Source: Promethearchaeota archaeon | GTDB lineage: Archaea; Asgardarchaeota; Lokiarchaeia; Sigyniarchaeales; SOKP01 | Assembly: GCA_048940925.1 (NCBI GenBank) | Contig: JBHLOC010000003.1 | Span: forward strand, 96,001-160,000 | Length of the DNA stretch: 64,000 nt | Direction of reading: 5' to 3' | The notes under the pieces: generated by a model | Database searches by the model: none | What the model saw: only the letters and a program-made list of their open reading frames with translations | Told to the model about the DNA's origin: nothing | Part shown: positions 1 to 10,982 of the stretch, piece after piece | Position numbering within the stretch: the first letter of the stretch is position 1 | How the letters are laid out: the number at the start of each line of letters is the position of its first letter | Position numbers and translations under genes: made by a program

Positions 1-323
1 CTTATAAGAATTGCAATTAAAGAGGTAACTAGAGTTCCTAACATCGGAGGTAAAATTCCAAATACAGGAGGAGCGTTAGGATCTGCGGGAGTTGGGTTCC
101 ACTCGGTTCCCCAAAGAAATTCAAATCCGTAAGTTTCAATTGAAAGATAGGAACGCAAAAAAAGAAAGAGAATCATTAATCCAATTATTATAAATATTAA
201 AAATGATATGAACCCTAAAAAAGATTTAAAAATTAAATCTCCACTAATTTTTCTTTTTAAAATGAATTTTTTTTTTTTATTTTTTTGATTATTTTTAGGG
301 ACTATAGATAATTGTTCTTTCAT
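1..323 (-). CDS. pstC: Phosphate ABC transporter permease PstC, N-terminal part (runs off window start)
   Basis: Hand translation from ATG at 323: MKEQLSIVPK...FEFLWGTEWNPTPADPNAPPVFGILPPMLGTLVTSLIAILI. It matches the PstC W-x-P...FGILP-x-x-GTL signature and lies directly downstream of pstS. Confidence 0.9.
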   Translation of the reverse strand, partial: MKEQLSIVPKNNQKNKKKKFILKRKISGDLIFKSFLGFISFLIFIIIGLMILFLFLRSYLSIETYGFEFLWGTEWNPTPADPNAPPVFGILPPMLGTLVTSLIAILI

Positions 324-410
324 TAGGCTTTTTATACCATTAAACTATTAAGATATCTTTTGAGTTTCAAAATAAAATACAAAAAAAAATATTATTAAAT
401 TACTAATTCA

Positions 411-1523
411 TTATGCCCAAGTATTTACGATTTCCCCATCAAATATTATAGAACGTAAACTCACTTCATTTATCGCTATTACCGCATCAGGAATTTCAAC
501 ATAGTGTAAGCCTTCCGCGTAGGATTGAGCTTGATGAGTACACCACCATAACCAATTTGTTAAAGCCTTTGCTTTTGCTAATGTCATACCAGGAATTACA
601 TTCAGTTCCTTATAAACTAGTATATAAGAAAATGAAGAAATAGGATAAGCATCTCCAGCTCCAGGACCAGTTTTAAAATAAGTGCCAACAGGTTCCCAAT
701 TTTCATCGCCAGCAGGTAAAGTAACAGCAGCATAAGCTGCTGCTTTTGCTATTGTTGTAGTATTAGCTAACGAATAAATTCCAGCTCTATTTTGAATTAA
801 AGCATAATCAATACCACTTTCAAGTGCGTATGCTAATTCAATATAACCAAGTGAATATTCATTAGCTTGAAGATATGCCGCAATACCAGAATTTCCTTTT
901 TGACCTAAAGTATCTGCATGCCAATCTATGGTTTTGGATGCCCCATACGTAGAATTCCACATTGCACTCTCATCAGATAAAAAGGTGGTAAATACAGCTG
1001 TAGATCCACTTGAATCTGATCTGTGAACAACAGTTATTTCATGACTTGGTAAAGTAACTGCAGGATTCAAAGCGGTTAAGTTGGCATGATCCCACATGGT
1101 AATCAACCTCGCAAATATTTGGGCGATTACAGGTCCAGTTAAATTAATAGGTACTGATATTCCCGGAAGATTATAAGCAACTAAAATTCCTCCTATTGTC
1201 ATGGGTAATTGTAAAGTATTCGGCGCTGCTTCCCATTCAGATGTCTTCATTGGTGGATCTGAAGCACCAAAATCTACTGTTTTTGCAGTATGTTGCTGAA
1301 TTCCCCCACCACTACCAATACCCTCATAGTCCACTTGGATTCCTGTGAGACTATTAAACTCTAAAGACCATTTTTGATATAGAGGTGCTGGGAAAGTAGC
1401 ACCTGCTCCACTGAGTCTCATTGGCGTCTCAGGTTGAGTTAGAACAAACATTCCAGCACTAAACCCAATCACCGTTCCAACTAAGGCAATTGCTAAAATA
1501 TATATTATTGATCGTTCTCGCAT
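411..1523 (-). CDS. pstS: Phosphate ABC transporter substrate-binding protein PstS
   Basis: GAGATFPAPLY, GSGGG, DFGASD, HRSDSSGST and YPISSFSY motifs; N-terminal membrane anchor. ATG at 1523 preferred over GTG at 1532. Confidence 0.95.
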   Translation of the reverse strand: MRERSIIYILAIALVGTVIGFSAGMFVLTQPETPMRLSGAGATFPAPLYQKWSLEFNSLTGIQVDYEGIGSGGGIQQHTAKTVDFGASDPPMKTSEWEAAPNTLQLPMTIGGILVAYNLPGISVPINLTGPVIAQIFARLITMWDHANLTALNPAVTLPSHEITVVHRSDSSGSTAVFTTFLSDESAMWNSTYGASKTIDWHADTLGQKGNSGIAAYLQANEYSLGYIELAYALESGIDYALIQNRAGIYSLANTTTIAKAAAYAAVTLPAGDENWEPVGTYFKTGPGAGDAYPISSFSYILVYKELNVIPGMTLAKAKALTNWLWWCTHQAQSYAEGLHYVEIPDAVIAINEVSLRSIIFDGEIVNTWA

Positions 1524-1633
1524 TTTAAACACTTTTATTATGAAACTTAAGTTTTTGTTTAAATTTGGTTATAGAAAGGATTTGCTTATTCAATATAAGG
1601 AATCTCGTCATAGTATATATTGAGTTATTTACC

Positions 1634-1920
1634 CTATATATTCTATAGAGATAGACTTTATTGATCTTCCCAACGGCATCTAAGTATTGTTATTGAGTTA
1701 ATAGTCTCTGTTGTTTTTTATCAAAAATATCAAACTATATAGAGAATACTGAAATAATTATACTCTATTGCAAAGTTTTATAATTGATTTAGTATTGTCA
1801 TATATATAGAATATAGAAAGTATATATAATATATAGTTTAAGTATAAAATAATCCTATTATTTATTCTAAATAACTAAATTGAGTTAATATTGATATTTT
1901 TTATTCTATATAGAATACTA
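1634..1920. promoter_or_regulatory. Divergent pstS/phoU promoter region with repeated CTATATAG-like sites
   Basis: CTATATAG at 1735 and 1906, both followed by (AG)AATACT; related sites at 1634 and 1803. The region is AT-rich, so support is weak. Confidence 0.3.
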
Positions 1921-1954
1921 ATTTTAAACCAATTTAAATTAACAAGGGATAAAA

Positions 1955-2959
1955 ATGAGTTTACATATAGAGACAAGAAAAGTTCAGAAGACAGGTGGAT
2001 CCAGTTATATCATTTCCCTTCCTAAAGTATGGATAGATAAGCATGGTGTTGAAAAGAATGATACATTAGGTATTCTTAGCCAACCAGATGGGAATTTACT
2101 TATTACTCCCAAGATAAATTCTGAAGAATATATAAGAAGTAAAATCTTTGATATTGATGAAGTAACCGATTCACAGTATTTATTTCGGCTTTTAATCGGA
2201 GCCTATATTATGGGTTATACTATTATAACAATAAAATCAAGTAAGAAGTTTGAACCTTTTATAAGAGAATGCGTTACAAATTTCACCCAAATTGCTATAG
2301 GTCCAGAAATCATAGAAGAATCTAATAATTTCATAACTATAAAAGATTTGCTTAATCCTAAGGAAATGCCATTTGAAAAGACAATAAAAAGGATGTATAT
2401 TTTGGTCCAAAGTATGCATGAAGATGCTATAAAAGCCCTTGATACAGGGGATAAGCCTTTAGCAGAAGAAATTATTAAGAGGGACGATGATGTTGATAGA
2501 CTACACTGGTTAATCGGTCGTCAGGCTCATATTGTGCTCAGAGACATTATTTTATGTCAAAAAATGGGGATTACATTGGAACAAGCGAGTCATTTTCATC
2601 AGATGAGCCGTTTTTTAGAAAGGATAGGAGATCACGCCTCAAAGATTGCAAAGAATGTGTTAATCATTCTAGAACATAAAATTGATGAACAACTTAATAA
2701 AGAAATCAAAGTAGCAAGTAAAGTATCGTTGGACTTATTAAATAAAAGCCTTGATGCATGGCTTCAAAAAAGTATTACTTTAGCGAATGAAAATATTGAA
2801 GAAATAAGGGATTTGATCTCAACTACCGAAAAAATAAGTCTTAATACCAATGGCAGTGCTCAAGTTTCAATAGCAATAGGATACATTCTTGAATCTATAA
2901 GGAGAACTAGTGAATATGCGGGAGATATATGTGAAATTATAATTAATAATTTAATATAA
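1955..2959 (+). CDS. phoU: Phosphate uptake regulator, AbrB-like DNA-binding domain plus tandem PhoU domains
   Basis: N-terminal RKVQKTGGSSYIISLPKVW (AbrB type); DDDVDRL and LERIGDHA PhoU motifs. Confidence 0.92.
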   Translation: MSLHIETRKVQKTGGSSYIISLPKVWIDKHGVEKNDTLGILSQPDGNLLITPKINSEEYIRSKIFDIDEVTDSQYLFRLLIGAYIMGYTIITIKSSKKFEPFIRECVTNFTQIAIGPEIIEESNNFITIKDLLNPKEMPFEKTIKRMYILVQSMHEDAIKALDTGDKPLAEEIIKRDDDVDRLHWLIGRQAHIVLRDIILCQKMGITLEQASHFHQMSRFLERIGDHASKIAKNVLIILEHKIDEQLNKEIKVASKVSLDLLNKSLDAWLQKSITLANENIEEIRDLISTTEKISLNTNGSAQVSIAIGYILESIRRTSEYAGDICEIIINNLI

Positions 2960-3038
2960 TTTTCTTTAAAGATTTATTTATTTTTTTACTTACCTTTTTA
3001 CGATAAGTTTAAAAGTACGCATATCTTCACATGACAAT

Positions 3039-3731
3039 TTATATTTTTTCGGTACCAATTAACAATACCATAATATAATCAGCAACAGCTTCTATTGAAT
3101 CAGATATCGCTTCAAGAATATCAAAAACATTTCCTGCAGTGAAAATAGTAAAAAAGTTAACCTTGTAATCAGTATCTTGAAGATTCTTTCTTAATTTAAT
3201 ATTAAGTAGATCTACTTCATGTTCCAGCTGATTAACTTGCTTAGCATAATCTTTTAAATGCTTTCTTTCTTCAAGTAAATCGATTACCATTTTATCTAAA
3301 AATTGAACACAATCAACTGTATTTTTCATCATTTCAGAGATTAGATTGATGGTTTCTATGCTGCTTTGTTCCCAAAATTTTAATGGAATGGTATTAACTC
3401 TACGAGCAACTCCCGTACAGCAATTTGCAACATCATCCATTCTTTTAATTAAATGTGATAAGTCTTGACGTACACTTGGATTTAATTCACCTCTTGAAAC
3501 ATCTTTTTGAATTTCTCTTCTTAATTTATCTGCATTTCTTTCTAAAAGATCAACTTCATGAAAAATTTCGTGAGATTTGTCAAGATCTTTTTCTTTTAAT
3601 AAAATTTGTAAACCAGTACCTAATTTTTTTACACATTCTTGAACTATTTGTGCGTGTTTAACGGACTTCTCCAACGCATTGACTGCAGTCTCTCGCTTTA
3701 AATATTCAATTAAAGATCCTATCCATATCAC
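3039..3731 (-). CDS. DUF47 / PhoU-like phosphate transport regulator
   Basis: LERNADKLRR, DDVAN, LEHEVD and ISDSIEAVAD repeats; immediately downstream of the PiT gene. Confidence 0.85.
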   Translation of the reverse strand: MIWIGSLIEYLKRETAVNALEKSVKHAQIVQECVKKLGTGLQILLKEKDLDKSHEIFHEVDLLERNADKLRREIQKDVSRGELNPSVRQDLSHLIKRMDDVANCCTGVARRVNTIPLKFWEQSSIETINLISEMMKNTVDCVQFLDKMVIDLLEERKHLKDYAKQVNQLEHEVDLLNIKLRKNLQDTDYKVNFFTIFTAGNVFDILEAISDSIEAVADYIMVLLIGTEKI

Positions 3732-3800
3732 CTATTTTTTCTACTATATCTAAGTTCAATATAAATATATGTAATATATATATTTTTTATAATTGATCGA

Positions 3801-4838
3801 TCACGAAAATCCAAAAATATTTAGCCCATAATATAAAACACCCGCAAAAATAGCAGCAACAGGAAAGGTAAGAACCCAGAAGGCACCCATCTTAGCTAGT
3901 CCTTTAGAATCTATTTCTTTTTTTTGAGCAAGATTTAATCCAATTATACAAAATACAATCACATGGCTGTGTGAAATTGGAAGTCCATATAAAGTAGCCA
4001 TCATTAAAATAAATGCTGAACTCATTTGAATAATAAATCCCTCACTAGGGCGTGTATTTATCATATGAGAAGCCAAATTTTTGATTACATATCTTGCAGC
4101 AATATAAATACCAAGGAAAGCAAAAATCCCGCATATAATAACATAACTGACATATTCACTATTACTTATAGAATTATTTTCTCTTAGCCCTAAAAGAATT
4201 CCTAAAGCCTCTCCTGAATTAGCTCCGACCCAAATCTCAGCAAATAAAACTGCGAACAGTAAAAGCCATTTAAATGATTTTTCAGATTTTTCAATCTGAT
4301 TAAGACCTCTTAAACGAGATAAAAATAATTTAGCACTAACTTTAAAGAATATATAAGTAATTAATAATCCTAATAATGGAGAAATAAACCAACTTAAAAT
4401 AACATCTCTTAATTTATCATAATTAAATGCGTTATTGAGATTAACTCCTCCTTGAAAAAAAGTATAGACAAAAACCACTCCAACTATACTTCCAATTAAA
4501 GAATGAGTGCTACTTAGAGGGATCCCAGCAAAACTACCAATAACTAACCATAAAATACTACTAACCACAACAGTTAAAAGCATATAATTAGTATATTTTT
4601 CTTCAAGACCTTCACCTAAAAGATTTTTACCAACAGTTTCTGGCACGAAACCTTGGCTAAAAAGAATCATACCTCCACCTATAGCAATTCCTCCTAAAAT
4701 CAAAGCTATTTTAAATTTTAATGCACCTGCACCTACTAATGCCGAAAGAGTCTCATCATTGGCTCCTATTGCAAAAGCTAGACCAACAGCCATAATTATT
4801 AATATTAAAATTAGAGCTAAGTTGAGATCATCAGTCAT
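3801..4838 (-). CDS. pitA: Inorganic phosphate transporter, PiT (PHO4) family
   Basis: GAND motif, PLSSTH, second GAN and PISHSH motifs; multi-TM. Confidence 0.9.
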   Translation of the reverse strand: MTDDLNLALILILIIMAVGLAFAIGANDETLSALVGAGALKFKIALILGGIAIGGGMILFSQGFVPETVGKNLLGEGLEEKYTNYMLLTVVVSSILWLVIGSFAGIPLSSTHSLIGSIVGVVFVYTFFQGGVNLNNAFNYDKLRDVILSWFISPLLGLLITYIFFKVSAKLFLSRLRGLNQIEKSEKSFKWLLLFAVLFAEIWVGANSGEALGILLGLRENNSISNSEYVSYVIICGIFAFLGIYIAARYVIKNLASHMINTRPSEGFIIQMSSAFILMMATLYGLPISHSHVIVFCIIGLNLAQKKEIDSKGLAKMGAFWVLTFPVAAIFAGVLYYGLNIFGFS

Positions 4839-4860
4839 AATGAATCAAAATAAGTCATTT

Positions 4861-5532
4861 TCAATCAAAAATTAAGTATTTAGTTGCTAAGAATTGAATA
4901 TCTTCTGAAAAGTTTTTAATATGATCAGCTAACATCATTATATCTTCTATTAATTCTTTGAGATAAATGAATGTTCGAGATAAATAATCCATATCGTAGT
5001 TATATAATCTGTTTAATAGCTGCCATTCTTCTTTTCGCATTTTTCTTCTTTCTTCTTTAACTTTCTCACAAATAAAATGAGCTTCACTGAGATCAGATCC
5101 TATTGATTTAACGGCATTAGATAAATCATTCGAGATCATCCTTAAAGATTTAAGAATACTTAAAATTTGCAATTTAAATTCCTCATCGGGGAATACAACT
5201 CTATAAAGAAGCATTTTATTTGCTAAAAATTCCCCAATATTTTTTATATCATTTATTTTTTTGAATAATTTTAATCTATCTGCTTTTGAAAACATTAATT
5301 TTGATTTAAATATTTTAGATTCAAATTTCTTTTTAATTTTGACTTCTTTATTAGTTTCTATTACATAATTTAAATTTTTCTCAAAATTTTCAAAATTCTC
5401 CTCTACAAGAAATTCAATTCCTCTAATTAGCCTTAAATTTTGTTCATTTATTACATCCATGAAAAGTTTAGTTAACTCATCTATACTTAGCTTATTTATT
5501 TCTTTTTCACTAAGCTCTTCCATTTTAATCAT
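4861..5532 (-). CDS. Divergent DUF47/PhoU-like helical protein
   Basis: All-helical with IEDIMMLADHIKNFSE; same size as DUF47 and first gene of the pit operon. Confidence 0.6.
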   Translation of the reverse strand: MIKMEELSEKEINKLSIDELTKLFMDVINEQNLRLIRGIEFLVEENFENFEKNLNYVIETNKEVKIKKKFESKIFKSKLMFSKADRLKLFKKINDIKNIGEFLANKMLLYRVVFPDEEFKLQILSILKSLRMISNDLSNAVKSIGSDLSEAHFICEKVKEERRKMRKEEWQLLNRLYNYDMDYLSRTFIYLKELIEDIMMLADHIKNFSEDIQFLATKYLIFD

Positions 5533-5685
5533 CTAGAATGACAGTATATACCTAATTTAATCAGTTCTCTCTATATAATACAATATATTTCAATATAAAT
5601 ACTATCTTAAATATAGTTTTATGATTCAGTTATTAATCTTCAAATAAATAAAAGAAGGTTTTGATATATTAAATAAAATTAAATT

Positions 5686-6567
5686 TTAATTAATTTGCCA
5701 ATTAATGAGAGAAATGATTAAATTAGTTTTTGATAAAGCTCCTCTGGTTATTTGTTCTATGATACTTTCCTTTCCAAATATCCTTTTAAGTATTTTTCTT
5801 ACAATTCGTTTTTCAGAATATCCCCCATTACGAAGCTTTTTATACTGTTCATGGACTTTTATATGCAATTTCTGAATTTCATTTATTTTTTTCATTAAGA
5901 AATCTCTTCCATTGAGAATACCATTTCCAGCTGAAAAAATTAATAGTTGATCCATCCCCTTTGTGAAATTATAAAGAGATTGAAGAGATTGATAAATTAG
6001 TGAGATATCCTCTGGTATATCACTCTTTTCACCGAATATCATTTTATATTTTGGTTGTACTGCATCAGCAACAAAAGCCCATTGTTGTTGTTTTTCAATT
6101 AAGGTAATTAACTCTGGAGCATGGCCTGGCATTGGAAATAAATCAAAAGCATATTTTTTGGAGCGTGTAATTAGCTGATTTTTAATTGCTTTTGCATTAA
6201 CTGGTAATAATTTAATTCCCCATGCAATTTGGCGATAATCAGGATATTTTCTTCCTCTTTTTAAAATTTCTCTAGCTTTCTCACCAGTATATATAGGAAT
6301 TCCAAATTCTTTATTCAACATATGAGCGCCTCCAGCATGATCTTCATGTGTATGGGTAATAAAACACTTGTCAATCATTTTATCTGGAGTTAAGGATCGT
6401 ATAAATTCTCTTAAATCTTTTTCTCCCCCAGGGGCCCCAGAATCAATAAGAAGCCCATCAACTAAATAACAAGAAGTCCAATATGGGTAAGGCATTAATT
6501 TATTATCTGAAGCCCATTGCCATTCTATGATTTCCTTATTGGAATGATATTTTATTTTAACTACCAA
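5686..6567 (-). CDS. Metallo-beta-lactamase fold hydrolase
   Basis: LIDSG, THTHEDHAGG, PGHA and FVAD motifs. Confidence 0.88.
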   Translation of the reverse strand: MVVKIKYHSNKEIIEWQWASDNKLMPYPYWTSCYLVDGLLIDSGAPGGEKDLREFIRSLTPDKMIDKCFITHTHEDHAGGAHMLNKEFGIPIYTGEKAREILKRGRKYPDYRQIAWGIKLLPVNAKAIKNQLITRSKKYAFDLFPMPGHAPELITLIEKQQQWAFVADAVQPKYKMIFGEKSDIPEDISLIYQSLQSLYNFTKGMDQLLIFSAGNGILNGRDFLMKKINEIQKLHIKVHEQYKKLRNGGYSEKRIVRKILKRIFGKESIIEQITRGALSKTNLIISLINWQIN

Positions 6568-6613
6568 GAATCAAAGGCTCCTACTCATTTTTAATATTCC
6601 AATATCAGCAGTT

Positions 6614-7438
6614 TTATTTACCCTTCCATTTTGGTTTTTGCTTTTGTATTCTTGCCATAACTCCAGTCATGAAATCTTTTGATGTTAATAATTGAGAATT
6701 TACCAGTCCTTCTAATTCTAATCCAAATTCAAAATTTTGCCCATAAATATCATCAATTAACTTTTTCCCTAAACCTACTGCTAATGGGGCACTATCAATC
6801 AATTCATCAGAGTATTTTTTTACTAATGCATCTAATTCTTCTCTACTTTTTGCTATTCCATTTACTATACCCATTCTATATACCTCAATTCCATTAAGAT
6901 TTCTTCCTGTTAACACAATATCCTTAGCATGTGCAATCCCACAGAGTCGTGTTAGTCGGGTAGTTCCAGATACATCGGGGATAATTCCTACCTTTACTTC
7001 AGGCATACTAAATATAGCATCTTCTAAAGCAAATCGAAAATCACATGCAAGTGCTAACTCAAATCCTAATCCTAAACAAAAACCCTCAATTCTAGCTATA
7101 AATGGCTTTTCTATTTTTCCAATTTTTGTAACTATTGGATGAAATTTAGTATTCAAAAAATATCTGAAATGTGGTGGTGTATTTAGATCAAGGCTTCTCT
7201 CTCCTCCAGAAGAGTCTCGTCCTGCTAAAGTATTCAAATCAATTCCAGAGCTAAAATAATCTGCTGCTCCTGTTAATATGATAATCCGAGTTTTTGAATT
7301 TTCTGCTTCTTCAATTGCTTTATCTAAACCATCGATAACTTCCCAATTTATAGCGTTTCTTTTCTCTAGCCGATTTAATTTAATTGTAGTTATAGTTTGG
7401 TCTTCATTTTCTTCTACTAAGACTACATTATTTACCAT
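6614..7438 (-). CDS. Enoyl-CoA hydratase/isomerase (crotonase family)
   Basis: LNRLEKRNA, FSSGIDL, GLGFELALACDFR and PEVKVGIIP motifs. Confidence 0.92.
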   Translation of the reverse strand: MVNNVVLVEENEDQTITTIKLNRLEKRNAINWEVIDGLDKAIEEAENSKTRIIILTGAADYFSSGIDLNTLAGRDSSGGERSLDLNTPPHFRYFLNTKFHPIVTKIGKIEKPFIARIEGFCLGLGFELALACDFRFALEDAIFSMPEVKVGIIPDVSGTTRLTRLCGIAHAKDIVLTGRNLNGIEVYRMGIVNGIAKSREELDALVKKYSDELIDSAPLAVGLGKKLIDDIYGQNFEFGLELEGLVNSQLLTSKDFMTGVMARIQKQKPKWKGK

Positions 7439-7562
7439 AATTTTTTTCTCCTTATATAATTCAATTTAAAGTGAATAATTAAAAGAATTAAAGTAAATTG
7501 AAATAAAAAAATTTTTCAATATTTTAAAAAAAGTTAGAATGCGAGAGATAAACTAGAGTTTT

Positions 7563-8660
7563 TTAATTTGATTTTACTCTTACAGGAGGGATAAAAACTT
7601 CCCGTGGACCAGTTCTTCTCAGATTTATAGCTTCCTCGGGACAATGATGAGCACAAACACCACATCCAATGCATTTCTCTTCATTAACGATTGCTATTGT
7701 ATCATCTAATTCGATTGTTTCCATTGGACACATTTCAACACATGTTCCACATCCAACACAAGAATCTTCATTTATAGCTGCTATATAGGAAGATATCGTA
7801 TGTAATGGCATAATACCTCCACGGTACATTCCAATAATTCCACAACAACAATTACAGCAATTACAAATCGCTTCGATCCCTCTATTTGGATCGGAATGAA
7901 CATGAAATACTTTATGCACAAGTCCGTAATCTTCTGCTTCTCTAAAGATCTTTATAGCCTCCTCTTTAGATACCCGTTGCCCAAACTCTTTTTCTATAGC
8001 AAATTGAGCGCTTTTGTCAAAAAGAAAACAATTATATTTTGATGCTCCTAATTTACATGGATCATTTACAAGATCTTTATGATGACGGCAATAACAATAT
8101 GCAACAGCAATATCATCATATTCTTCAACATATTTTTTAATATCTTCGAATGGCATAACGGTTTCAGTTCCTACTTGCACTTCTTTCTCAACAGGGAGTG
8201 TTCTATCTGTTGGTGGTAAATTTTTAAAAGTATTAATCATAGTTTCATAATTTGCTTCATTTAACTTAGATCTTTCTGAAAAAAGCCTTTCAAACAGTTT
8301 GGCTAATTTTATATGTTTTTCATCTGTTTCCCCCCTCAAGTTTGTATATTCGAATATTCCTGGATAAGGTCCCATAAGTCTGTACACCATTACTCCCGTA
8401 CTTCTACTTTTTACACCAATAATGATGCCATTATACATTAATACTTCTAACATTTTGAGAATGGTATTCTGATCCATATCTGTTCTTTCTCTAATTTGAT
8501 CAAGTGTCAAGGAAGGTTTCTTAAATATTAACAAAAATTTAGCTTGATCTTCAGTTATGATGTTCTGAAGTAACTCTATTAATGTGTCATTAACAGGAAT
8601 AGGGAATACTCCTGCCTTAACAATTGTTCTTGCTACTTTATACCATAATTTATTAGTCAA
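7563..8660 (-). CDS. 4Fe-4S dicluster protein with N-terminal winged-helix-like region
   Basis: Two CxxCxxCxxxCP motifs at the C-terminus; CYCR and ICNCCNCCC Cys clusters. Confidence 0.85.
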   Translation of the reverse strand: MTNKLWYKVARTIVKAGVFPIPVNDTLIELLQNIITEDQAKFLLIFKKPSLTLDQIRERTDMDQNTILKMLEVLMYNGIIIGVKSRSTGVMVYRLMGPYPGIFEYTNLRGETDEKHIKLAKLFERLFSERSKLNEANYETMINTFKNLPPTDRTLPVEKEVQVGTETVMPFEDIKKYVEEYDDIAVAYCYCRHHKDLVNDPCKLGASKYNCFLFDKSAQFAIEKEFGQRVSKEEAIKIFREAEDYGLVHKVFHVHSDPNRGIEAICNCCNCCCGIIGMYRGGIMPLHTISSYIAAINEDSCVGCGTCVEMCPMETIELDDTIAIVNEEKCIGCGVCAHHCPEEAINLRRTGPREVFIPPVRVKSN

Positions 8661-8871
8661 TTTTATAACCTCTATAAAGAAGATCTGTATTTTTAATTAA
8701 ATGAGGAAAAACTACATAGTTTAATTATATTTCGAGTATAAATGATAAGAAAATATCTCCTAAAATAACAAATTGATCGTTTTAAATACCTACAAAACCT
8801 TTTGACTCTCATATTTTTTTAACTAAACTTATCTTGAAATTAATTAAAGAATTGATTAAAGAATTAAGGGT

Positions 8872-9060
8872 TTGAGGGATATTATTATGATTAGAAAAAC
8901 TCAAGAGAGAATAAATATATTAGAAAATTCAATTAAGATTTTAGAAGCAATTAAAAAAAATTTAGATCACCAAAATCAATCAGTTCCACTTAATTATATT
9001 CAAAATCGCATTACTACTTATAAACGTGAAATTCGAATACGTAAAGATTTCCCGTCTTAA
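8872..9060 (+). CDS. Small hypothetical helical-hairpin protein
   Basis: 62-aa ORF with amphipathic heptads in an otherwise empty gap; ATG at 8887 is an alternative start. Confidence 0.5.
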   Translation: MRDIIMIRKTQERINILENSIKILEAIKKNLDHQNQSVPLNYIQNRITTYKREIRIRKDFPS

Positions 9061-9178
9061 ACATTTTCAATTTAATTTTTTTATTTTATTCTCCTTAGAA
9101 TAGGTTCTATTTCGAAAAATTTTTATCATTATGTTGATGATCAACTACACATACGTTCATTGTAATTCTTGAAAATAG

Positions 9179-10369
9179 GTGTTATTAATTAAAATAGATT
9201 ATGCCGAGAGGGTAAAAAGAATTCCTAAATACATTTTTGTTGAGATTGAAAAATTAATATCAGAAAAGAAGAAAAAGGGTATGGATTTTATTTCACTTGG
9301 AATAGGAGATCCTGATTTAGCAACTCCAGAGATTATAATTAATGCATTAATTGAAGAAGTCAAAAATTCAGAGAACCATAATTACCCTTCAAGTATGGGT
9401 GAAGAGGAATTTAGAGAAACCATCGCAAAGTGGTATAAGATAAGATTTAATGTCGAATTAAACCATAATGATGAGATTACAAATGTAATTGGTGGAAAAG
9501 AAGGCGTAGCTAATGTAGCACGAGCCTTCATTAATCCAGGAGATATTGTCCTTTGTCCTAATCCAGGATATCCTGTTTATGAAAATGGTGCAACAAAACT
9601 ATGCGATGCTGAACCTTATCTGATGCCTATAATAAAAGAAAACAATTATCTTCCAGATTTAGAAGCAATTGATACGAAGATTCTTAGAAAAGCAAAATTA
9701 ATGTATTTAAATTATCCGAATAATCCTACGGGTGCAATTGCTTCAAAACAATTTTTAAAAAAGGTTGTTGATTATGCAGAAGACTATAACTTTTTCATAA
9801 TATATGATAATCCATATTCTGAATTTACTTTTGGTGATTATATTGCACCAACAATATTGCAAGTGGATCGGAATCATGTAGAAATAAATAGTGCCTCTAA
9901 GATGTTTAACATGACAGGCTTTCGATGTGGTTGGATGGCGGGTAATAAAGAAATAATACAAGGGATAAGGAAAGTAAAGTCTCAAATTGATTCTGGTTGT
10001 CCAAAATTTATACAAAAAGCAGTAATGAAAGGTTTAAATGAATATAAATCTGAGGAAAAACCTGAAATAGTAAAGAATACCGTAAGAGTGTATGAAAGAA
10101 GAAGGGATATTTTAATTAAGGAATTAAATGATATGGGATGGAGAACAGAGACACCAAAAGCAACCTTTTATGTATGGACACAAATTCCAGAAAAATTTTC
10201 TAAAGAGAATAGCATGGATTTTGTAAAAAAATTGATAGAAGTAGGAGTAGTTGCCACACCTGGGATAGGTTTTGGTCAATATGGAGAGGGATATATGAGG
10301 TTTGCTTTAACTCAACCTGAGGAAAGAATTAAAGAAGCCTTAGAAAGAATTAAGTCTATTCTTGTTTAA
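9179..10369 (+). CDS. PLP-dependent class I/II aminotransferase (LL-diaminopimelate aminotransferase-like)
   Basis: LGIGDPD, YLNYPNNPTG, DNPY, SASKMFNMTGFRCG (PLP Lys) and PGIGFG..GEGYMR motifs. Confidence 0.9.
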   Translation: MLLIKIDYAERVKRIPKYIFVEIEKLISEKKKKGMDFISLGIGDPDLATPEIIINALIEEVKNSENHNYPSSMGEEEFRETIAKWYKIRFNVELNHNDEITNVIGGKEGVANVARAFINPGDIVLCPNPGYPVYENGATKLCDAEPYLMPIIKENNYLPDLEAIDTKILRKAKLMYLNYPNNPTGAIASKQFLKKVVDYAEDYNFFIIYDNPYSEFTFGDYIAPTILQVDRNHVEINSASKMFNMTGFRCGWMAGNKEIIQGIRKVKSQIDSGCPKFIQKAVMKGLNEYKSEEKPEIVKNTVRVYERRRDILIKELNDMGWRTETPKATFYVWTQIPEKFSKENSMDFVKKLIEVGVVATPGIGFGQYGEGYMRFALTQPEERIKEALERIKSILV

Positions 10370-10431
10370 ATAAAACCAAATTATTTTAAAAAAAATTTTA
10401 ATAAAATTAAAAAGATTGAAAGAGATTTTTA

Positions 10432-10611
10432 TCATCTGGAAGATTTCCTATACTTGCTCCTAAGAAATCCTTGTCTTCTCTCATCAATATTTTCTATATT
10501 TTCGTTAAATTCTTTTGATTTATCAAAACTCATCATAACTGGAGCTTTATAAGAATCCCAATCTTTATAATAATCCAATATCAGATCCATTTTATCTGAT
10601 TCTTTTTCCAG
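10432..10611 (-). CDS. Small hypothetical protein missing from the ORF track
   Basis: Strong SD AGGAGGTGA (10618-10626) 6 nt before an in-frame CTG at 10611; ATG at 10590 gives MDLILDYYKDWDSYKAPVMMSFDKSKEFNENIENIDERRQGFLRSKYRKSSR. Confidence 0.55.
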   Translation of the reverse strand: MEKESDKMDLILDYYKDWDSYKAPVMMSFDKSKEFNENIENIDERRQGFLRSKYRKSSR

Positions 10612-10982
10612 TATTTTTCACCTCCTATTTTGATTAAGTTTCTCACCAGAGGTCCTAAATCTAAATTTTGACCAATTTCGAATAGTAATTATTGATATGT
10701 ATTGTTAAAAGAGAACAAATCAGTAAAAATTATAAGAAAAAGGTCAAGAGATTTGATTTATTCTCTCTTAATAATACTATGGATAATTACCTTAATTGTA
10801 GGTAAGGGTAATTTACACCAATAATCCATAGTATTATGTGAAAAACTCATTAATATGTAAATGTGAAAAGATCTATATAAACTTTGCCCATTGGATTCCC
10901 ATTGTATCTAAATATTAAATATTTACAGTTTAGTAGTTTAATAGTTCTTATCTCTTAACCAAAAATGTAGAAAAAATAAATT

